Of a stretch of 54,359 bases of DNA, positions 9,209 through 17,295 are shown in pieces. This DNA comes from Inquilinus limosus (GTDB lineage: Bacteria > Pseudomonadota > Alphaproteobacteria > DSM-16000 > Inquilinaceae), in contig JAEKLZ010000157.1 in NCBI GenBank assembly GCA_019508225.1, forward strand, positions 1-54,359, in the 5' to 3' direction. A model generated the notes under the pieces. It searched no databases, was not told where the DNA came from, and saw nothing but the letters and a program-made list of their open reading frames with translations. Within the stretch, counting starts at the first letter, position 1. The number at the start of each line of letters is the position of its first letter. A program made the position numbers and the translations under genes.

Positions 9209-10582
9209 TTACGGGCAGGTGGTGATGCCGGTGCTGACCCAGCTGTTCGCCGCGGTCTTGACGGTCGAGGGCAGCGGCGCGAAGGCGGAGTTCCGCGCCA
9301 GGGTGTCGTAGGTGCCGCCTGCGGTGTAGCCCGCGACGAAGGCCTTCAGCGCGGTGACCTTGGCCGCCGAGGCGTAGCAGCCGTAGAGGTTGACCAGCGT
9401 GAAGCCGGCCGCCGGATAGGCGGTCGAGCCGGTCGGGTTGCGCATCGCGGCAGTGTCGGCCGCGGTGCCCCAGGCCGCCTGGGTGTTGGTCGACGGCACG
9501 ATGAAGGAAGCGGTGGCCGCCGTGGTGTAGGTCGGGGCCGGCGGACGGGGGGTGTCACCCGAGATCGGACCGCCATTGTTGTAGTCGAACTGGTTCTGCA
9601 GGTTGGCAGCGACCGGCGCCGGGCTGATCGCCGGGGTGGTCGACTGCTGCGTGTAGTCCGGGCTGACGTAGCCGATCGCGCCGGAGGTCGCGGCGACAGC
9701 CTTCGCGACGCCGTCGCTGCCGGTGGCCGCGGTGAAGGCCGCGGGCCAGGTCACGGTGGTGCCGACGTTGGTGGCGGTCCAGGTGGCCAGGTTGCCGGCG
9801 GCGTGGCTGGTGGTCTTGTCGGCCGTCCCGTTGCACACCGTCGCCAGGTGGCGCGAGAACAGGAAGGTCGTGCCGCTCGAATCCGCGCGGCGATAGACCT
9901 TGATCGGAAGGCTGGAGGTCAGCGCCACGCCGCCGTTGTCGGCGGTCAGGATCGGGTCGTTCCAGTTGGTGATGGCGCCGGTGAAGATGCCGCAATAGGC
10001 GCGGCGCGACAGCCACAGGCCGCTCGACCCGCCGGTCGTCGCCTTGGTGCCGCTCGGGACGGCATGGTTGATGGTGAGGCCGGTGGCGTTGAACGCGATC
10101 GCGACCGGGCTGCCCACGGTCGGGATCTGGATGCCGGCGCCGCGGGTCGGCTGCACGGTGCTGGTGTACTGGCTGACCTGGGCGGCGGTCAGGATCGCGT
10201 CGCTGGCGGCGAAATCGAAGAACGCCGAGCCCGCGCCGTAGCCGTTGGTGCCTTCGGCATAGGCGATGAACGAGCTTTCATAGGGCAGGAGGGCCGGCGT
10301 CGCGTTCGGCGACTGCTGGGCGAGGAACGCGGTCAGGCCCGCGCCGCTGCCCAGGGAGGCGAAGGCGATGCAGTTCGCGCTGGCCGGGTTGCAGCTGGTG
10401 AAGCCCACGCCGGCGAAGTTGTCGAACCAGGAACTGGTGCCGGTTGCGGCGCGATACAGGTTGAACGGCAGGGTGGCGCCGGCGCCGTAGATCGCACCCG
10501 CGGCCGAAGCCGGGGCGGCGTTGATCAGCAGAGCGCCCGCGGCGAGCGCGAGCAGGCTGCAGGTCTTCAGACGGATGGACAA
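9209..10582 (-). CDS. Secreted DING-type (PstS-superfamily) phosphate-binding protein
   Basis: Signal peptide ending in ASA. The mature start AGAIYGAGATLP compares with DINGGGATLP. Also GSGAG, FAASD, YCGIFTGAITNW, RADSSGTT, GYVSPDY and YPAAGFT..LYGCY. TTG start with RBS AGGAAGGAG. Confidence 0.88.
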   Translation of the reverse strand: MSIRLKTCSLLALAAGALLINAAPASAAGAIYGAGATLPFNLYRAATGTSSWFDNFAGVGFTSCNPASANCIAFASLGSGAGLTAFLAQQSPNATPALLPYESSFIAYAEGTNGYGAGSAFFDFAASDAILTAAQVSQYTSTVQPTRGAGIQIPTVGSPVAIAFNATGLTINHAVPSGTKATTGGSSGLWLSRRAYCGIFTGAITNWNDPILTADNGGVALTSSLPIKVYRRADSSGTTFLFSRHLATVCNGTADKTTSHAAGNLATWTATNVGTTVTWPAAFTAATGSDGVAKAVAATSGAIGYVSPDYTQQSTTPAISPAPVAANLQNQFDYNNGGPISGDTPRPPAPTYTTAATASFIVPSTNTQAAWGTAADTAAMRNPTGSTAYPAAGFTLVNLYGCYASAAKVTALKAFVAGYTAGGTYDTLARNSAFAPLPSTVKTAANSWVSTGITTCP

Positions 10583-10907
10583 AGTGTCGTCTCCTTCCTG
10601 ACGTATCGATGAGCCGGTGGCCGCGGGATCGCGGCCACTCGTCCTGGAAAAGGCGTGTCCTATCGACCCGCCTCTTTATTTGACCGCCCTTTCGGAAGAT
10701 CAGCGGATCGTCGTTGCAAGACTCGACCATTCCGATCGCATGATTCCAAATTAACCCTGATGAATCCGTGATCGATTCTTTGAGAATTCGTGACATGAGT
10801 TCTAAGTATTTTTAGATAAATACGTAAATATGGTAACAAGTCTGCGCCGAAAGCAAATGAGTTCCAGGTGACTATTTGCTTCCGAAAGCCATTCCGTGAT
10901 GGCTGGA

Positions 10908-11708
10908 TCAGAGGACGAAGTCGGCGGCGGCGAGAATGCCGACCCCGTGGACTTCGATCTGGAGATCCGCCGTCTTGTCGCCATTCACATCGGCCTGGAC
11001 CAGCACGGTCGACGCATCGACCAGCTCGATGCGCAGCTGGCCGGCATGGCCGCCGAAGGCGTCGGTGCCGATGAAGGCGAACGCCTGGTTGCCGCGGGCG
11101 CCGCTGTCGGCATCGATCGCCGAGAGATCGATCAGGTCGTGATCAGCGGTCGAGAAATCCTGGATGATGTCGGCCGCACTCGGCGTGCTCTGCGAGACGC
11201 CGCCGTACACGAAGGTGTCGCTGCCGGCGCCGCCGGCGAGCTGGTCCTGGCCGGCGCCGCCGGTGATGACGTCGTTGCCGTTGCCGCCGTCGATGAAGTC
11301 GTCGCCGGCGCCGCCATTCAGCGTGTCGTTGCCATTGTCGCCGAACAGTGAGTCACGGCCATCCCCGCCGAGCACCACGTCGTCGCCGCTGTTGGCGAAG
11401 ATGGTGTCGTCGCCGGCGCCGCCATGCAGGACGTCGGTGTCGAGGCCACCGCCGATGGTGTCGTCGCCGACGCCGCCGTCGACAACGTTCAGGCCGTCGC
11501 CGGCGTCGATGGAATCGGCCCCGGCGCCGCCCAGGATGACGTCGTTGCCGTCATTGCCGTAGAGGGCATCGTCGCCGTTGCCGCCGTCGATGATGTCGCT
11601 GCCGGCGCCGCCCTCGATCTGGTCGTTGCCGTCCTGGCCGAAGATGATGTCGGTGTTGTCGGTGCCGGTGATGATGTCATCGCCGGCGGTTCCGTTAATC
11701 AGATTCAT
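10908..11708 (-). CDS. RTX-type Ca2+-binding repeat protein with a serralysin-like C-terminal domain
   Basis: More than 15 GGxGxDx(L/I)x nonapeptides and a C-terminal DIIQDFS..DLIDLSAIDAD...QAFAFIG...ADLQIEV...AADFVL. No Sec signal and no catalytic domain. Confidence 0.9.
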   Translation of the reverse strand: MNLINGTAGDDIITGTDNTDIIFGQDGNDQIEGGAGSDIIDGGNGDDALYGNDGNDVILGGAGADSIDAGDGLNVVDGGVGDDTIGGGLDTDVLHGGAGDDTIFANSGDDVVLGGDGRDSLFGDNGNDTLNGGAGDDFIDGGNGNDVITGGAGQDQLAGGAGSDTFVYGGVSQSTPSAADIIQDFSTADHDLIDLSAIDADSGARGNQAFAFIGTDAFGGHAGQLRIELVDASTVLVQADVNGDKTADLQIEVHGVGILAAADFVL

Positions 11709-11977
11709 GATTCTCCCCCGATATATCGGTCTTCGATCATGCTGCTGCCCGAGAGCGACCTGGGTGGCCCAGCGTCAGAAGGGCGCGGAATCGGGCATAT
11801 GATCTGCAAGATCTCGCCGGACCATCACTCAGACCTTATAGTGATTCTGTTTCAGGCCAGAGACTCTGTAATGACCAAATCAAATAATTTACAATTCATC
11901 TTAGAAATATACTGTTAATTTGTAAAAAAACTATCGAGATAATTCAGAAGCATGTCGGGTTTTGTGAATTTTAAATG

Positions 11978-13849
11978 TCAGGTTCTGCGGAATCTCCGAA
12001 AAATGGTAACTGAAAACATCGAGACCATAATCAGAATTGGGATGGCTGCGAGATTCAGCCAGATCAGCCGCCGCTCGATCGTCTCCACATCCTGGCGCAG
12101 CTGCTGCCTGACCTCGCGCAGCTCCTGGCGGGTGGCGACGATCCTGGTGCGCAGCGCCTCGATCCCCTGGCGCGACGGTTCGGCGCCGCCCTCGGCCCCC
12201 TGCGCCGCCGCCATGTCGCGCTGAAACTGGGCCAGCCGTTCGGTCAGCGCGGTCTCGCTGTCCTGCAGCCGAGCCGCGGCCGCGCGGCCGATCTCGGCGA
12301 TCCGGGTGAAGGGCCGGGCGCCCGCCGCCCGGTTGCGCAGCGCCGACAGGTCCTGCGTCCCCGACAGCTCCTCCAGCAGGGCCAGCAGGAAGTCGCCATT
12401 GGCAGCGAAGGCCCGCGCCGGCTGCCCGGGCTGGCCGCGGGCCACCCAGAAGCGGTCGTCCAGGATGTCGGTGTCGGCGATCGCCACGAGGTCGAGCGCG
12501 TCGGTCTCCAGCTTTCGCCCAGGGGGCGGTGTGCCGTCGACGGCGACGCCGTCCGGCAGCTGGTCGGCGAAGGCGCTGCGGGCATGGCCGGCGACCCGTG
12601 CCGCCAGCACCAGCCGCTCGCTGCCGGACGGGTGCGCGGCCCACAGCTTCTGCGGGTCGGTGCGCGGCACGATCTCGTCGACATCGACCGGGATCCCGTG
12701 GTCGCCGGTGAACAGCAGCGGCGAGAAATGCGTGGTCGCGCCCATCAGCGGCCGCAGGATGCCGGCGGTGCCGACCGTGATCGGCCCCAGCCCAGCGAAG
12801 GCCGGGTCCGCGGCGTCGCGGTTCTTCTCGCCCAGTGTCAGCCACACCAGGTGCTGCAGCTGCAGCGGCCGGCCGTCGTCGCGCCGGACGGTGATGCTGG
12901 AGGCGAGGTCGCGGTCGCCCGCCACCCGGCCGATATCGAGCTGCAGCCCCCAGCTCGGCCCGAACAGGCCGAGGGTGGAGAAGGAGGCGCCGCGCGCCGC
13001 CTGGTCCGGCAGCCGCTCCGCCGCTGCCTCGGACAGCGGGTCGACCAGCACCAGGGCGCGGCCGCCGGCCATCAGGAACTGGTCGATCGCGTATTGCGCA
13101 GCCGGCGGCAGGTCGCGCGGATGCACCAGCAGCAGCACGTCGATCACGGCGGGGTCCAGCGCCGCGGTGCCCTTGGCCGACAGGTCGGCGATCGTGACTG
13201 GCTTGACGTCGAAATCCGCCTGCATGTCGCGATAGGCGGTGAAGGCCGGCAGCACCCGGCCGCCGAAAGCCAGCGCGCCGCCCAGCGGCAAGGTGCTGAC
13301 CACCGCCACCTGGCGCCGGTCCGGTGACGCCAGGCGGGCGATCATGCGGGTCAGCTGCAGGTCGAGGCTCGGCTCTTCCTCAGGCCGCAGAAAGGGAATG
13401 GCGACCCGGTCGGCGGCCGTGCTGCCGACCAAGCCGAAATAGACCGGGTCGCCGCCCTTGGCCAGCGGCAGGCCCAGCAGCCCGTCCTGCACGGCGTGGT
13501 CCTCGGCGTCGCTGAACGGCTCCGGCGTCTCGCGCTGCAGGATCAGCCGGTCGCCGGCGGCGGCGGCATAATCCTCCAGCCGCGCCTCGACCCGGCGGGC
13601 ATAGCCGGCCAAAGCGGGGGAGCTGGCGGCGATCCGGTCGGAGACGACGAAGCGCAGCGTCACCGGCTGGTGTAGATCGTCCAGCACGGCGCGGCTGGCG
13701 GCGTCGAGGGCGTGGCGGCGATCCTCGCTGAGGTCCAGCCGGTATCCGCGCAGGGCGCCGTCGGCCCACAGATTGACGCCGACTGTGGCGGCCAGCGCCA
13801 GGGCCAGGATGGCAAGGCCGGTCAGGCGGTGTCGGAGCGGGCGTCGCAT
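11978..13849 (-). CDS. GldG-family ABC-transporter auxiliary component
   Basis: N-terminal TM, RLDLSED, PEPFSDAED, YFGLVGS, IDQFLMAGGRALVLVDP, ADTDILDDRFW, ANGDF, a coiled coil and a C-terminal TM. An alternative GTG start at 13858 overlaps the permease stop. Confidence 0.88.
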   Translation of the reverse strand: MRRPLRHRLTGLAILALALAATVGVNLWADGALRGYRLDLSEDRRHALDAASRAVLDDLHQPVTLRFVVSDRIAASSPALAGYARRVEARLEDYAAAAGDRLILQRETPEPFSDAEDHAVQDGLLGLPLAKGGDPVYFGLVGSTAADRVAIPFLRPEEEPSLDLQLTRMIARLASPDRRQVAVVSTLPLGGALAFGGRVLPAFTAYRDMQADFDVKPVTIADLSAKGTAALDPAVIDVLLLVHPRDLPPAAQYAIDQFLMAGGRALVLVDPLSEAAAERLPDQAARGASFSTLGLFGPSWGLQLDIGRVAGDRDLASSITVRRDDGRPLQLQHLVWLTLGEKNRDAADPAFAGLGPITVGTAGILRPLMGATTHFSPLLFTGDHGIPVDVDEIVPRTDPQKLWAAHPSGSERLVLAARVAGHARSAFADQLPDGVAVDGTPPPGRKLETDALDLVAIADTDILDDRFWVARGQPGQPARAFAANGDFLLALLEELSGTQDLSALRNRAAGARPFTRIAEIGRAAAARLQDSETALTERLAQFQRDMAAAQGAEGGAEPSRQGIEALRTRIVATRQELREVRQQLRQDVETIERRLIWLNLAAIPILIMVSMFSVTIFRRFRRT

Positions 13850-13854
13850 CGCCG

Positions 13855-14589
13855 TCACCCCGCCCGCCGCAGGCCGAGCACCACCGACGCCGCGAACAGG
13901 AAGAAGGCGATGACGGTGGCGAAGAAGGCGAGGTCGCGCAGGTCGACCACGCCGCGCGCGATCGGCCGGAAATGCGGCAGCACGCCGAACACCGCCAGCG
14001 CGTCGGCGATCCCGGCGGGCAGCCGGTCGCCCAGGAGGCCAGCCAGCGCCGGCGCGCCCGGGATGGTGACGAGGAGGCAGAGGGCGATGCCGAGGATGAA
14101 AGCCACCACCTGGTTGCGGGTCACGGCGCTGGCGGCGGAGGCGACGGCGAGATACAGGCCGGCGACCATCAGGCTGCCGGCATAACCGGCGACGATCACC
14201 CGATGGTCGGGAGTGCCCAGCCAGGCGACGGTCAGCCACATCGGGAAGGTCAGGGCCAGGGCCAAGGCCATCACCGCCCAGCCGGCCGCGAACTTGGCCA
14301 GGACCGCGGCGCCGGGGCCGATCGGCAGGGTGAACAGCAGCTCGGCCGTGCCGCTGCGCGCCTCCTCGGCCCACAGCCGCATGGCGAGGGCGGGGGCCAG
14401 CAGCAGGTACAGCCAGGGCAGGAAGGCGAAGAACGGCTCCAGGTCAGCCTCGCCGCGGCCGAAGAAGTCGCCGGCATAGATCGGCAGCGCCCCGGCCAGG
14501 ACCAGGAAGACGATGACGAAGATGGCGGCGATCGGCGTGGCGAAATAGCCCGCCAGCTCGCGCCGGAACAGGGCGAGGCCGGCGCGCAT
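13855..14589 (-). CDS. GldF-like ABC-2 permease
   Basis: FRRELAGYFATPIA, LAMRLWAEEARSGTAELLFTLPI, TRNQVVAFI, HFRPIARGVVDLRDL. Confidence 0.92.
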   Translation of the reverse strand: MRAGLALFRRELAGYFATPIAAIFVIVFLVLAGALPIYAGDFFGRGEADLEPFFAFLPWLYLLLAPALAMRLWAEEARSGTAELLFTLPIGPGAAVLAKFAAGWAVMALALALTFPMWLTVAWLGTPDHRVIVAGYAGSLMVAGLYLAVASAASAVTRNQVVAFILGIALCLLVTIPGAPALAGLLGDRLPAGIADALAVFGVLPHFRPIARGVVDLRDLAFFATVIAFFLFAASVVLGLRRAG

Positions 14590-14590
14590 C

Positions 14591-15331
14591 TCAGGCGGCC
14601 TCCGCCGGGCGCGGCGCGTCCGGCAGGGTGAGGGCGCGGAACAGCCCGGCCAGGCGGCCGTCGGGCGAGCGCGCGGCGAGCGCCGCCGGGGTGTCGTCGG
14701 CGCGGATCCGGCCGGCGGCCAGGATCACGGCACGGCTGCACATCGCCTCGACCTCCTCCAGCACATGGGTGGAGACCAGGATCGCCTTGTCCCGGCCCAT
14801 CTCGCGGATGGCGTTGTGCATCTGCTGCTTCTGGTTGGGGTCGAGGCCGTCGGTCGGTTCGTCCAGGATCAGGATCGGCGGGTCCGGCAGCAGCGCCGCG
14901 GCCAGGGCGGTGCGCCGCCGATAGCCCTTGGACAGGGTCTCGATCGGCCGGCGCAGCATGGGCCCGAGCTCGACCCGCTCGGCCGCCGCTTCCACCGCCG
15001 CACGGCGGGCCCGGCCGGCCAGCCCGTGCACGCCGGCGACGAAGCTCAGCAGACCAGCCGGCGTCATCTCGGGGTACAGTGGCGCGCCCTCGGGCAGATA
15101 GCCGAGCCGCCGCCGTGCCGCGATCGGCCGCCGCCGGACATCGATGCCGTCCAGCGCGGCGGTGCCGTCATCCGGCTCGAGATAGCCGGCCAGCATGCGC
15201 AGCAGCGTCGACTTGCCGGCGCCGTTCGGGCCGAGCAGGCCGACCACCTCGCCGCGCCCGACTTCGAGCGAGACGTCGGCGACCGCGATCACGGAGCCGA
15301 AGCGGCGATGCAGATGCTCGGCGCGGATCAT
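14591..15331 (-). CDS. GldA-like ABC ATP-binding protein
   Basis: Walker A GPNGAGKS, signature LSKGY, Walker B ILILDEPTDGLDP, H-loop STH. Confidence 0.95.
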   Translation of the reverse strand: MIRAEHLHRRFGSVIAVADVSLEVGRGEVVGLLGPNGAGKSTLLRMLAGYLEPDDGTAALDGIDVRRRPIAARRRLGYLPEGAPLYPEMTPAGLLSFVAGVHGLAGRARRAAVEAAAERVELGPMLRRPIETLSKGYRRRTALAAALLPDPPILILDEPTDGLDPNQKQQMHNAIREMGRDKAILVSTHVLEEVEAMCSRAVILAAGRIRADDTPAALAARSPDGRLAGLFRALTLPDAPRPAEAA

Positions 15332-15340
15332 GCCCGGCGC

Positions 15341-15709
15341 CTAGGCCGCCGCCGGGGCGGCGGTGCTGCCCGGGATGTCGGCGATGGGGCCGAAAGTCTG
15401 CTCGTAGGAGGCCACGGTCTCGGCCAGCTTGCGCGCCAGGTCCTTCATCGTCACCGGGCTCATCGCCAGGCTGACCAGCCATTCCGTGGCCATCGGCTCG
15501 GCGGAGGGCGAGGGGCCGGCCCCGACGACGATGCGGCCGCGGCCGACCAGCAGTTGCGCCTCCGCCGCATTGGCGGTCAGGTGGAACAGCGAGAAGTAGC
15601 GGGTGTCGGGGGAGAAGCGCTCGGCCGCCCCGTTGGCGGCGCCGCTCGCGGTGCCCGGCTGGGTCTGCTGCGTGGTCATGATCGTCTCCATCGGTTCCGT
15701 TCGGGTCAC
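15341..15709 (-). CDS. Small cytoplasmic protein, DUF3467-like
   Basis: ATGA-coupled to the PPIase gene. The C-terminal pattern LAMSPVTMKDLARKLAETVASYEQTFGPI is DUF3467-like. No signal peptide. Confidence 0.6.
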   Translation of the reverse strand: MTRTEPMETIMTTQQTQPGTASGAANGAAERFSPDTRYFSLFHLTANAAEAQLLVGRGRIVVGAGPSPSAEPMATEWLVSLAMSPVTMKDLARKLAETVASYEQTFGPIADIPGSTAAPAAA

Positions 15710-16626
15710 TGGGTCGGGGCGGCGGGGGCCGCCGGCGCCAGTCGGGACAGGACCTCCGCCACCGCGATCTCGTTGATGGCCGGCGGGGCTGCGCCGACCA
15801 GGCCTTCGACGTATCGGCGCCGCAGATCCGCCGTCTGTTGCCGCCGCAGCGCCTCGACCAGCAGCGGCCGGACCTCGTCGAAGTCCTGCACCCGCGACTC
15901 CTTGCGGTCGATCAGGCGAAGCAGGTGCCAGCCGGCCTGACTGCGGATCGGTGCGCTGACGGCGCCCTTGTCCAGCCCGGCCACCGCCTGGCGGATCTCG
16001 GGCACCAACTGGTCCTCGGACACCCAGCCCATGTCGCCGCCACTATCAGCGCTGTCCCTGTGCTGCGAGAATTGCCGCGCCAGGGCGGCGAAATCGGCGC
16101 CGCGGGCCCGGGCCTTCCGGCGCAGGTCGCCGATCTGGTCCTCCGCCGCCGCGGCCGCCTCCGCCGAGGCGCCCTGCGGCACCGGCAGGAAGATCTGGGC
16201 CAGGCGCACCTGCGCCGACGCCACGAAACGGGCGGTGTTGTCGTCATAGATCCTGCGCAGGTCGGTCTCCGGCGGCTCCGCAGCCGGCGGCTCTGACCTG
16301 GCGGCGAGCCAGGTCTCGACGATCACCTGCTGCCGCGCCTGATCGATCATCGCCGCCACCTCGGGCCGGTCGGCCCAGTTGGCCTTGGCCGCCTCGGCGA
16401 CGACGGCGCGGCGCGTCAGCTCGGCTCGGATCAGCCCGTCCAGCGCCTCGCGGCTGGTCACCGCCTGGGCCCGGATCTCGGGCGAGAGGCCGCGCAGGAA
16501 GGTCTCGATCTCGGACGGCGACAGGCCGATCGCACCCATCCGGGCGACCGGCTCGGGCTGCTGCGCCATCGCGGCCGGCGCGACGCCGAGCGCGAGCAGC
16601 GTGGCAAGGACCGGGAGGTGCCTCAC
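15706..16626 (-). CDS. Periplasmic parvulin (PpiC-type) peptidyl-prolyl isomerase
   Basis: Signal peptide; VRLAQIFL...FAALARQFS...SADSGGDMGWV...GAVSAPIRSQAGWHLLRL. Confidence 0.92.
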   Translation of the reverse strand: MRHLPVLATLLALGVAPAAMAQQPEPVARMGAIGLSPSEIETFLRGLSPEIRAQAVTSREALDGLIRAELTRRAVVAEAAKANWADRPEVAAMIDQARQQVIVETWLAARSEPPAAEPPETDLRRIYDDNTARFVASAQVRLAQIFLPVPQGASAEAAAAAEDQIGDLRRKARARGADFAALARQFSQHRDSADSGGDMGWVSEDQLVPEIRQAVAGLDKGAVSAPIRSQAGWHLLRLIDRKESRVQDFDEVRPLLVEALRRQQTADLRRRYVEGLVGAAPPAINEIAVAEVLSRLAPAAPAAPTQ

Positions 16627-17282
16627 TTCGACGGCTTCCGGTAGCGGGCGTCGGTCAGCTTGTCCTGCAGGTCCTGGATGATGTTCTCCATCTCGACGCT
16701 CTTGAGCTGGGTGAAGGGCTCGTTCTGCGTCAGCACGTCGCCGAGATCCTTGCCGTCATAGGCGGCCAGCACCTCGCGGCCGACCTTGTAGAGCTGGTCG
16801 TTGCTGGCCTGGCAGGCCTTGAGGAAGCCCGCGGTCTGGTCGAAGCCTGCCTGGGCCGTCGCCCGCCGTCCCTCGGTGTCGTGCAACTGGCCCTGGGTAC
16901 GGCCGAGGCTGCGCCGGGTCTGGTCCAGCTCGCCCCGGGTCGTCTCCAGCGTCTTGGCCGCGGTGTCCAGCTCGGCCTGCAGCCCGTCCGCCTTCTCGGT
17001 GGCGGCGTCCAGCCGGCCCTGGACCTGGCCGATCTGGGTGCGCAGCTGCTTGGCCTCGGCGTCGCGGGTGGCGATGGTCTGCTGCGCCTGGCTCAGCTGC
17101 GACTGCAGCGCCGTGGCTTGGCTCTGGGCGGTGCGCAGGTCGACCGTGGCCCGGCGCAGCGCCTCGCGCAGCTTGGCGACGTCGCTCTCCTCCTGCGCCG
17201 CGGCCGGGGCCGCGAGGCCGGTCAGCACGGCGAGACACAGGATCGCGGCCGGGATCGTCCGAAGGCGGGTGGCGAACGTCAT
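16623..17282 (-). CDS. Exported coiled-coil protein of unknown function
   Basis: Signal peptide (AAA-QEE), a long heptad-rich region, and C-terminal CQASNxxLY...EPFTQLKSVEMEN. Coupled to its neighbours. Confidence 0.8.
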   Translation of the reverse strand: MTFATRLRTIPAAILCLAVLTGLAAPAAAQEESDVAKLREALRRATVDLRTAQSQATALQSQLSQAQQTIATRDAEAKQLRTQIGQVQGRLDAATEKADGLQAELDTAAKTLETTRGELDQTRRSLGRTQGQLHDTEGRRATAQAGFDQTAGFLKACQASNDQLYKVGREVLAAYDGKDLGDVLTQNEPFTQLKSVEMENIIQDLQDKLTDARYRKPSK

Positions 17283-17295
17283 GTCGTTCCCTCCG

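Noticed and set aside
11200-11700. 27-bp-period repeats as a CRISPR array or VNTR
   Set aside because: They are coding RTX nonapeptide repeats, degenerate, with no unique spacers and no cas genes.
11978-14374. ORF-track long N-terminal extensions (also 46013-47572, 36033-37286, 47932-49011, 4005-5888)
   Set aside because: The extensions overlap real neighbouring genes or promoters; downstream starts with RBSs or stop-start overlaps fit better.
11978-15331. Gliding motility or type I secretion system
   Set aside because: The Gld names reflect family homology only. There are no T9SS/gliding genes, and this ABC-2-type system is not HlyB/HlyD/TolC.
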